Assembly: GCA_963777605.1 (NCBI GenBank)
Contig: CAVZRV010000011.1
Coordinates: forward strand, 143,145-167,144
Direction of reading: 5' to 3'
Source of the DNA: an uncultured Acidobacteriota bacterium
GTDB lineage: Bacteria > Acidobacteriota > UBA6911 > RPQK01 > JAPXNP01
Length of the DNA: 24,000 nt
Shown here one piece after another: positions 1 to 7,670 of this stretch. The notes under the pieces were generated by a model that saw only the letters and a program-made list of their open reading frames with translations, did not search any database and was not told where the DNA came from. Every line of letters begins with the position of its first letter. Position 1 is the first letter of the stretch. Position numbers and translations under genes: made by a program.

Positions 1-62
1 AACATCACGGTCCGGCAAGACCGGTCCGATGAGCCTGACGGGTCCGATCCGTCGGGCAACTT

Positions 63-1355
63 TTACTTGCTCCGGGATTCCAGGTGCATCCTGGCAAACT
101 TGATGTACTGCTCCCAGTCGTACGTGGTGACGTCGTGGCCCCCGCTTCGGATGTGGTAGCTGATCGTTCCGATCACCGGATGATCGACCGGAGGCATCTC
201 CTGCGTGTCCAGTCCACCCGCTCCCAGAAGCCGGTAGACCGGATCGGCGTTTTTCGCGGCGAGGAATTCCCCCCGGGGATCCGCCCAGAGGTCCTCGGCA
301 GCACTCGCAACGTAGAGGGGGCGCGGGGCGATCAGAGCCAGAAGTTCATGCTGATCGACAGGCAACTGGTCTTCCCGGCCGTTGTACTGCTTGAAATTGG
401 CGCAGAACCAGTAGGGGAACGCAGTATTGATGGCCTCGACCGTCTCGCCGAAGCGACGGCGTGAAAGTGCGGCGCCACCACAGCCGGAGTCGTTCGATAT
501 CACCATGGCGAAACGCTGGTCCTGCGCCCCGGCCCACAGAGCCGTCTTTCCCAGGCGGGAGTGTCCCATAACAATCACCCGGCGACGGGCAACGTCGTCG
601 TCCTTCTCGAGGTAATCCATCACCCGGCTCAAACCGTAAGCCCAGGCGCCGATCGATCCCCACTGGTCCGAGGCGGGCATGCGCTGGCCCAACAGGAAGA
701 AGTAGCGGTGGATCCCGGCCTTGTATTCGTCGTCGTAGTCCGGGTCAATGTCCCCGTAGTAGGCTGTGGCCACGCCGAAACCGCTCTTCAGGATCAACTC
801 GAGGGGCCATCGGCCGGCACTCGCTCCGCGTGTCGCTTCGGTAGCCTTGTGATCGCTGATCCCAAGGGCCTCGTTGTTGCGCACCCACGCGTCGGTAACC
901 GGGACTCCCGGGTCGCTGCTGATCGACTGGTTGCCCTGGAAATTGAGCCCCAGAAAAACCGGTGCGGGCCCGCTGACCTGGTTCGGAAGGTAGAGAAGCA
1001 GGTTCAGAAAAGGCCCTTGATCGCTCCGGGTCAAGCCCACCCGGACCAGCTTGCGGGTAGCCAGTCCCCCCAGCGCGTTCCGGTCCCGATCGGTCACCTT
1101 GTAGGGCAACTCTCGAGCAAGCGGCGGGGCTTCCCCGTAAACCTGAGATCTGAAAAGCTTAAGAATTTCCGGCCGGCGCTTCTCGAACCAGGTCGCCACG
1201 TCCGTAACCGGCGTGCCGTCAGCGAGAACCAGAGGATTCGGCAAGGTGTACTGGGGAACCTTGCTCTCGTCGTAATTTGGTTGCTTGGTTGCATTTTGGC
1301 CCAACCCAACTCCAACCAGCAACAACCCGATCAGTCCCACCCCAAGATTCTTCAC
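63..1355 (-). CDS. Secreted CE15-family glucuronoyl (4-O-methyl-glucuronoyl) methylesterase / alpha-beta hydrolase
   Basis: 430-aa ORF, GTG start, N-terminal signal peptide (MKNLGVGLIGLLLVGVGLG). Nucleophile elbow GHSRLGKTALWAGAQDQRFA is typical of CE15 glucuronoyl esterases; C-terminal GGHDVTTYDW supplies a candidate catalytic His. Confidence 0.85.
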   Translation of the reverse strand: MKNLGVGLIGLLLVGVGLGQNATKQPNYDESKVPQYTLPNPLVLADGTPVTDVATWFEKRRPEILKLFRSQVYGEAPPLARELPYKVTDRDRNALGGLATRKLVRVGLTRSDQGPFLNLLLYLPNQVSGPAPVFLGLNFQGNQSISSDPGVPVTDAWVRNNEALGISDHKATEATRGASAGRWPLELILKSGFGVATAYYGDIDPDYDDEYKAGIHRYFFLLGQRMPASDQWGSIGAWAYGLSRVMDYLEKDDDVARRRVIVMGHSRLGKTALWAGAQDQRFAMVISNDSGCGGAALSRRRFGETVEAINTAFPYWFCANFKQYNGREDQLPVDQHELLALIAPRPLYVASAAEDLWADPRGEFLAAKNADPVYRLLGAGGLDTQEMPPVDHPVIGTISYHIRSGGHDVTTYDWEQYIKFARMHLESRSK

Positions 1356-1628
1356 AGCACCCCCCGGAAGTCAGAGAACCCGGCCAGGGGGCGCCCTGGA
1401 GAAACTCGGCAGTCATCCCCCGGTTGGCCGACTCAGGCTTGATTTTCCACATTTGTTTGGACGAGGTAAAGAGAAACGGACCCGGGAGTCGGACCGGCGG
1501 GCATCATGGGGTCCCCATTCGTCGATCAGTACTGAAACCTGCAACATTGAACGATGAGTCCCCCGCCAATGGAACGGGGGACCCTCATAGTTCGCCGAAC
1601 GGCCTGGCCAATCGACCGGATTCAGATC

Positions 1629-2897
1629 TCAGAAACTGCCGGTAACGCCACGGAACCGGTTCTTGGCCTGTTTGGCCAGCCACTTAACTACCCGCATGTC
1701 GTCGTAACAGTGCCCGACGATCGAGTTCAGGGTCGAGAAACAGGTCGTGTTGCAGCTCTTCTTCATTTCGTCGAGCTGCACCAGTTCGAAGCGGTCGGCT
1801 TCAATCGTTCCCCAGTTGTAGGTCGCATCGTACATTGGGAAGCACGGGGCCAGCGTCCCGTCCTCCCGGATAATCAGCGTGTTCTGGCCGGCACGGCAGG
1901 GCCACGGCTCCACCTTGCCCCTCATCATGTTTTTCATGTTAAGCAGCTGGTCTATGGGATTGGCCATCTTGTATCCCGACTGATGCTTCTCCACCAGCCA
2001 GTCAATCAAGGCATCGATCTTCGGGTAATCCTCCGGCGTGATGAACGTGCTGTTCCCGCTCTGGTGCTTGAAGCTGTCGTGCTCCATCATCGGAGACTCG
2101 TTGATGTGATAGTCGGTTGCGATCTTGTGCTTGTGCCCGATCTCCGTCAATTCCATCACATCGTCCACGTTGATCCGGGTGATATTGATATTCAGAAAGG
2201 CCGAGTAGCCGAAATAGCGCTGCATCTCGACCATGTACTCGAAGTTCTCCCAGATCGGCTTGATCGCCTTGGGCAATTCAGGGCGGTCCTCAACGCTGTC
2301 CACGGCGAGGTTGATCACGGCGATGCCGGAATCACCCAGCCGATCCATGACTTTCGGTCTCAGCAGCCTCCCGTTCGTTGCCAGGTATACGAAAAAGCCT
2401 TTCTTGGCGGCGTAATCGGTTACCTTGTGCACGAACGGCCAGCGCACCAGCGGCTCTCCGCCCATCAGCGCCAGCACGCGGCAACCGATGTCGTCGAGCC
2501 AGTCGATCGAACGCTTGGCCGCGTCATCGCTCATCCCCTTGACCTTGTTGTTGTAGGCCCAGCAGTAATGACAGTCGAGGTTGCACTTGTAGTCGGTGAA
2601 CAGGTAAGCCACGATTGGCCGCAATTCCTTGGAGTGCCAGCGGGACTTGAAATAGGGCACTCCCCAGGCTTTCCAGGCTCTCCAGCCGTTGACCTTGTTG
2701 TATTCCGAATCGGTCAACCGGTGGAGCTTCGCTTCCGGCCGCTGCGGAAATACCGGTTCTGGAAGAACCTGCGGGTCCCCTTTCGGTTGGACCTGGTTCC
2801 GCCCTTCAGCACTCATCAGTTCATCGTGTACGCTCGTATCCAGTCGAAACAACGGTTCGTTGGTTGGCTTTGGAGTCGGCGTTTGAAGGCTACTCAC
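1629..2897 (-). CDS. Radical SAM protein with C-terminal SPASM-like cysteines, function unknown
   Basis: 422-aa ORF. CNLDCHYC is the CxxxCxxC radical SAM motif, followed by GGEPL. C-terminal Cys-rich region (PWPCRAGQNTLIIREDGTLAPCFPMYD...CNTTCFSTLN...GHC). RBS AAAGGAG precedes the GTG start. Confidence 0.85.
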   Translation of the reverse strand: MSSLQTPTPKPTNEPLFRLDTSVHDELMSAEGRNQVQPKGDPQVLPEPVFPQRPEAKLHRLTDSEYNKVNGWRAWKAWGVPYFKSRWHSKELRPIVAYLFTDYKCNLDCHYCWAYNNKVKGMSDDAAKRSIDWLDDIGCRVLALMGGEPLVRWPFVHKVTDYAAKKGFFVYLATNGRLLRPKVMDRLGDSGIAVINLAVDSVEDRPELPKAIKPIWENFEYMVEMQRYFGYSAFLNINITRINVDDVMELTEIGHKHKIATDYHINESPMMEHDSFKHQSGNSTFITPEDYPKIDALIDWLVEKHQSGYKMANPIDQLLNMKNMMRGKVEPWPCRAGQNTLIIREDGTLAPCFPMYDATYNWGTIEADRFELVQLDEMKKSCNTTCFSTLNSIVGHCYDDMRVVKWLAKQAKNRFRGVTGSF

Positions 2898-3164
2898 AGC
2901 TTAACTCCTTTCTGAATCGCGAAGAGCCACTTCTGCAACAAGAATCGCCCCCTCTCCAAGAGCGGTCACGTGACTCACCTGGTTCGGGAACCCGCCAGTT
3001 CAGGAGACGGAATATCGTTTGATGACCGCCTTAACGCACATGAAACTGTTCTTCTTGCCTAAGGGCGTGATTTCTCTTGCGAGCAATTAATACCATCGTA
3101 GGGAATTTTCCCTGACCTTACAAGGTCCAAATTCACCTCAGGCCGCCCCGCTTCTCGATCCATC

Positions 3165-4364
3165 TCAATAATAACGCCCGACCAAAGGGTGATCGACAAT
3201 GGCCCGTTTCAACTCGAGGGGATCAATCGCGCCCTGCACCCTGTATATTACCCGGCCGCCGGGCTCGACCAGAACGGTGTAAGGAAGCGCGCCATTCCAC
3301 GCCGGATCGACCGCCTCGATCAGCGCATACTGATCATCCAGCGCGAACTGAAGATTGCGTACCGCCGACTCCTTGCTTTCGAGGAACTCGAGAACTTTGT
3401 CACGGTTCTCTGGAGCGTCGGCGGAAAGCGACACGAACTCGAAGGCTCGCTCCTTGTACATGCGGTTGATCTTGATGAATTCCGGATATTCGATGACGCA
3501 CGGTCCACACCAGGTGGCCCAGACATTGATAAGCCGGAGCTTATCCGTGTCGTTCGCGAGTAGAGCCCTGACTCCCTCGACGTCAGCCGGCTCGAGAGAT
3601 ACGGTGGCCTCGGACCATTCCTGATCCACTTTCTTCTTCCAATCGCTCTTCCAGGCCCACTTCGTCGAACAACCGAATGACTTGGTTACCGGGGTCGGTA
3701 CCGACTGACCCGAAAGCACGGCATCGAGAGCGGCGCGCAGGTCTTCCGCATTCGCCGTTCCGGGCTTCTCCGAACTGTCCAGCCGGCCGGTGTAGCGGAG
3801 AATCCGGTCGCTGTCGAAAACAAAAGCGTGGGGCGTCGCAACGGGCCCGTACTGAATCGACATCTCCTGGGTATCGCCATCGTAGAGATACGGGAAGTTG
3901 AAGCCGGCGTCGGCCGAACGAATCTGCATCTCCCCGTAGCTGTCGCCCATGTCCGCGTAACCCAATTCTTCGTAGAGCAAACCCAGAGGAGAGTTCGGTG
4001 AAACCGCCACCACCTGCACCCCTCGGGAGCGGTAGTCGTCGGTCAGCCTCCTGATCCGCTCCTCGTAGGCTTGCGCAGTTGGACAGTGATTGCAGGTGAA
4101 GATAATCGTCAGTGCCGGAGAGTCCGCGAAATCAGCCAGGCTGTAGTATCGCCCATCGACACCCGGGAGCCAGAAATCAGGAGCTGGAGAACCGATGGCG
4201 AGGGTCTCAACACTGGTTTCCGGCACGGGCTGTGGGGCGGGCTTGAACTCGGCAGAATCGCGGGAAGAAGTGCAGGAAACAAGCAGAGCCATCAACAGAG
4301 AACTGATCCCGATTCCAGTGACTGAGTCTGGTTTCATCATATTGCTCAGCCTATCAAACTGCAC
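3165..4364 (-). CDS. Tandem thioredoxin-fold protein (AhpC/TSA-like N-domain plus TlpA/ResA-like C-domain), probable lipoprotein
   Basis: N-domain APDFWLPGVDGRYYSLADF...FTCNHCPTAQAYEERI; C-domain LRLINVWATWCGPCVIEYPEF with a classic CxxC. N-terminal LLMALLVSCTSS resembles a lipobox. Confidence 0.85.
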   Translation of the reverse strand: MQFDRLSNMMKPDSVTGIGISSLLMALLVSCTSSRDSAEFKPAPQPVPETSVETLAIGSPAPDFWLPGVDGRYYSLADFADSPALTIIFTCNHCPTAQAYEERIRRLTDDYRSRGVQVVAVSPNSPLGLLYEELGYADMGDSYGEMQIRSADAGFNFPYLYDGDTQEMSIQYGPVATPHAFVFDSDRILRYTGRLDSSEKPGTANAEDLRAALDAVLSGQSVPTPVTKSFGCSTKWAWKSDWKKKVDQEWSEATVSLEPADVEGVRALLANDTDKLRLINVWATWCGPCVIEYPEFIKINRMYKERAFEFVSLSADAPENRDKVLEFLESKESAVRNLQFALDDQYALIEAVDPAWNGALPYTVLVEPGGRVIYRVQGAIDPLELKRAIVDHPLVGRYY

Positions 4365-4391
4365 CGTGTCGAGGGAGAGAAAACGGGCCGC

Positions 4392-5592
4392 CTAGAACAC
4401 CCTGAAAATCGCCAGCTTCAGGTAGGCCGTCTCGGGCATGGCAGGGTTCACCGGGTGGTCGGGTCCTTGTCCTCTGCGCTCGAGGAGCTGCAGCGTCCTT
4501 CCGGACCGTGCCGCGGCATGGCGAATGACCTGGAAGAAAACATCCTCCCGCAAATGGAATGAGCAAGATGCCGTCACCAGAAATCCCGCCGGGTTGAGGA
4601 CCTTGAGCGCGAGCTCATTTACTCGCTGGTAAGCCTTGCGGGCTCGTCCCACATCCTTCTTGCGAGGTGCGAACGAGGGGGGATCGAGAATGACCACGTC
4701 GAACCGCGCTCCACCGTCGATCGCACCCTGGAGGTATCGAAAGACGTCGGCCTCCACTCCGTCCACCCTCAGCCCGTTCAGCCGGGCGTTTTCCCGGACG
4801 GCCGCGATCGCCTCGGAGGAAGAGTCGACCGCTACCACGGAATCGGCTCCGGCCCGGGCGGCGGCCAGGGCAAATCCTCCCTGGTTGCAAAAACAGTCGA
4901 GGACCCGCTGTCCGCTGCAGTAGCCGGCGGCAGCCTTTCGATTCCACTTCTGATCGAGGAAAAACCCGGTCTTTTGTCCGGCCAGAAGATCGGCGCGGTA
5001 CCGAATCCCGTTTTCGACGATTTCCGAAGGGGCCGTGTACTTGCCGCAGATAACGCCCCGCTTCTGAGGCAACCCTTCGAGACGGCGCAAGTCGGAGTCG
5101 TTACGTTCCAGAATCGCGGCTGGGTGAAAGCGCTCGTCCAAAACCGTAGTCAAGACGTCCACGGCACGGTCCATGGCGCACGACAGCGTCTGAACCACGA
5201 TAGAATCACCGAATCGATCGACGATCAGCCCTGGAAGCAGGTCGCTCTCCCCATGAACCAGTCGGTAGGACGTTTCGCCCGGCAGGAGCCTCTCGCGAAG
5301 CCTCGCGGCAGAGCCGATCCTTGCCTCGAAGAAGTCCCGTCCCAGTTCGCTGACACCCAACCCCCAGCATCCGGGCAGTAATCAGCGAATGAGGGTGATA
5401 AGCAGCGGTCCCAAGTGAGCTTCCGTTGTGGGCGACCACTTCCACCAGGTCACCGGCTGCAGCTCCTTCCGGGAACTGGGCCACCTCGTTGGAAAATACC
5501 CAGAGGTGCCCCTGTCGCAATCGTCGCTCTTCGCGAGGTCTCAATCCGAGTCGCAACATAGCTTCGTCTGTCAGATTAGCACCCCCGCCCAT
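4392..5592 (-). pseudogene. Class I SAM-dependent rRNA methyltransferase, RlmI-like (PUA + methyltransferase), interrupted by a +1 frameshift near 5361-5365
   Basis: N-terminal PUA part (MLRLGLRPREERRLRQGHLWVFSNEVAQF...AAYHPHSLITARMLG) lies in the 5206..5982 ORF. The methyltransferase part (VSELGRDFFEARIG...VLDCFCNQGGFALAAARAGADSVVAVDSS...DVVILDPPSFAPRKKDV) lies in the 4392..5360 ORF. Start uncertain: ATG at 5592 or 5559. Sequencing error is as possible as a true pseudogene. Confidence 0.75.
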
Positions 5593-5748
5593 TCGACGAC
5601 CAGCCGATGCTCGTGGCGACAGCCGCCGGGCTGATCTCCTCTGACCGGTGGAGTCAACGGGCCGCGGTAGCCGCCGCCGCCCTGCATCAGCCGATCCGGT
5701 GCGAAGCGGTCTAAAACCGTTTAACTGAAACAGCTTCTTGGATATCCT

Positions 5749-6360
5749 ATGGTTCCAATGTTTGAGTACATGAGGAATCAACGACAGAACCAGCGAAGCA
5801 CTTCCCCAATTCTCGTAGCCGGCCTCCTGGCCCTTACATTCGGCTCCTGGCTGCGAGCAGAGGATGTCACCGTCACCGGGAGCATCGAACCGGGCCAGTG
5901 CTCCACGTGGGCTTGGGCCGACCAGGAAAAGGTTCCCATCTTCGATCCACTCGCATCTCCCGACTCTGAAGCCAGCCGTCAACAGATTCGAGAGTTGGAC
6001 GGGCTGATTCGCTCTACGGTCGAGGGCTTGATCCGAAAGAGGGGTTGGCAGAAAGCCTCACCCGCAGCCTGCCAGGTGAGTTACTCGTTGATCCAGGACC
6101 TCGACCTTGACGTCGCCCGATATGAGACTGGCGGCATGGTTCCAGGAAATATCGTCGACTCCGGCGGCAGGCTGGATGTTGCCGGCACCGATTCCTACAT
6201 GAGAAAGAAAGGAACCTTCACCCTGGACATTTCGACTGGGGACCCCGCCGTAAGAATCTGGAGAGGCACCCTTGCCGACTCGCTTGGACACGGGAAAGAG
6301 GTCTCGAAGAATTCCCTGAAGCTCGTAAAGGAAGTGACAAAATCGGTACCGAAACGGTGA
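5749..6360 (+). CDS. DUF4136-like secreted protein
   Basis: 203-aa ORF with an N-terminal hydrophobic segment (ILVAGLLALTFGSWLRA), then TWAWAD...IRSTVEGLIRKRGWQKASPAACQVSYS...GTFTLDISTGDPAVRIWRGTLAD, which fits the DUF4136 pattern. The in-frame ATG at codon 4 or 8 may be the real start. Confidence 0.55.
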   Translation: MVPMFEYMRNQRQNQRSTSPILVAGLLALTFGSWLRAEDVTVTGSIEPGQCSTWAWADQEKVPIFDPLASPDSEASRQQIRELDGLIRSTVEGLIRKRGWQKASPAACQVSYSLIQDLDLDVARYETGGMVPGNIVDSGGRLDVAGTDSYMRKKGTFTLDISTGDPAVRIWRGTLADSLGHGKEVSKNSLKLVKEVTKSVPKR

Positions 6361-6581
6361 GGTCGCAATTGTTGAGCGCCGGGCCGCGGGATTTTTGGAG
6401 TTTGAGATCATTCGGAATCCGGGTGGCTGCTCGGCGTAGTTCACAATTCCTCCCCGAATCGGAAACTTTTGGCCTCAAACGGCTATCTTTACAAAGGGAC
6501 TCACTTCATGCCCGGTCTTATCTCGCCTGTGGGACTGCAGCCGGCATCCACGGCGAAGCTCGAATTCCCTGAAAGTGGTGT

Positions 6582-7574
6582 ATGAGCAAATCGGCTCTGT
6601 CCAAGATACTGATTGGCGGAAATCGAAATCCGCGTGAACTCGGCCCGCAGTCGAAATCCGCACACGAGGGATCCGCTTCCGAGCACCCGGCGACCCCGGA
6701 CGGTGGCCGCCATCGCCATGCCTCACTCTACGACGACACCCTCTCCAACCGTTCCGAGTGGCGCTGGAGTTCGCTGATCTGGGGTTTCGTTGCGCTGATT
6801 GTCGTTGCCGGGGTGGTCGCGGTATTCCTGGGCTCTTCCGCAGACCAACAGGTCCTCGAACTGGCCGAGACCAAGGCAAAGGTCGCCGACGAATCTGAAC
6901 TGTCCAAAGTGGTCTCGGAGGTCCGCGACCGGGACGCGACAGCCGCAAGCGGGGAACCTTCATCCACGCCCGATACAGCGCCGCAGAAGGTTTCAACACA
7001 CGATCAGACCACTCCTGTGCGGCCGCCGACTCGACCTGCAACGCAACAGGAAATCGCCGCTCCCCCCGCCGGGGAAGCAGCATCCACGTCGAAGACCCCT
7101 GCGGTCCTGACCGGGGAGACGACAAAGCCCCCGTCACCGCAACCGGTCACAACCGCCCCCGCCAAGGAGAACTTGGCTCCCTCGTCAACTCAGGATCCGA
7201 CAGCCTCGGCGCCGGCTGCGTCCGCTCAGGAGACGAACCCGACGCAGGCCAAGGCAAAACCCGGCCAGGTCGTCGAGGAGGAGCAGGCGCCTGCCGAAGA
7301 ACCCGCCGGACCGCCGCCTGAAAACAAGGCAGCATACGATGCTTTGATTCAAGACTCCCAAGTGGCGGCCAAGATTGTCGTCGGCGCCTTTCCAACGCTG
7401 ACCTACCAGACCTGGAGAGTAGTCCAGAAGAACGATCGCGAGGTCTGGATCGACCTGATCGCAAACTGGACTGACAGCGGTTCAGAAGTCCACTTCATTT
7501 GGGCGGTCAGCCGCGATGGTAAGACCGTGAGAGCCTTGAGCGAGGCGGCCCGGAATCTCGTGCGGGAAGGCTGA
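6582..7574 (+). CDS. Single-pass membrane protein with a long Pro/Ala/Thr-rich linker, unknown function
   Basis: 330-aa ORF. TM segment LIWGFVALIVVAGVVAVFLG, low-complexity linker (about residues 125-240), compact C-terminal domain (SKVAAKIVVGAFPTLTYQTWRVVQKND-like region). Confidence 0.6.
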   Translation: MSKSALSKILIGGNRNPRELGPQSKSAHEGSASEHPATPDGGRHRHASLYDDTLSNRSEWRWSSLIWGFVALIVVAGVVAVFLGSSADQQVLELAETKAKVADESELSKVVSEVRDRDATAASGEPSSTPDTAPQKVSTHDQTTPVRPPTRPATQQEIAAPPAGEAASTSKTPAVLTGETTKPPSPQPVTTAPAKENLAPSSTQDPTASAPAASAQETNPTQAKAKPGQVVEEEQAPAEEPAGPPPENKAAYDALIQDSQVAAKIVVGAFPTLTYQTWRVVQKNDREVWIDLIANWTDSGSEVHFIWAVSRDGKTVRALSEAARNLVREG

Positions 7575-7670
7575 CAGTTCTTCCACAACCCATTTTCCGC
7601 CTGTTGCATTTCCGGACCCATCGAGATGGCGATCAGCCGTCGAACCCCGTGTTAGACTGGTCGTTTACAC

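Noticed and set aside
1554-2915. 453-aa plus-strand ORF antisense to the radical SAM gene
   Set aside because: Fully antisense to a gene with clear catalytic motifs and no recognisable domain of its own.
2898-3164. Possible RiPP precursor peptide beside the radical SAM gene
   Set aside because: No convincing short ORF with RBS and a Cys- or Gly-rich core was seen in this gap, so a RiPP cluster is not supported.
6940-7330. Low-complexity Pro/Ala/Thr-rich stretch considered as a tandem repeat array
   Set aside because: No regular nucleotide or peptide repeat unit; it looks like an ordinary disordered linker between a TM anchor and a C-terminal domain.
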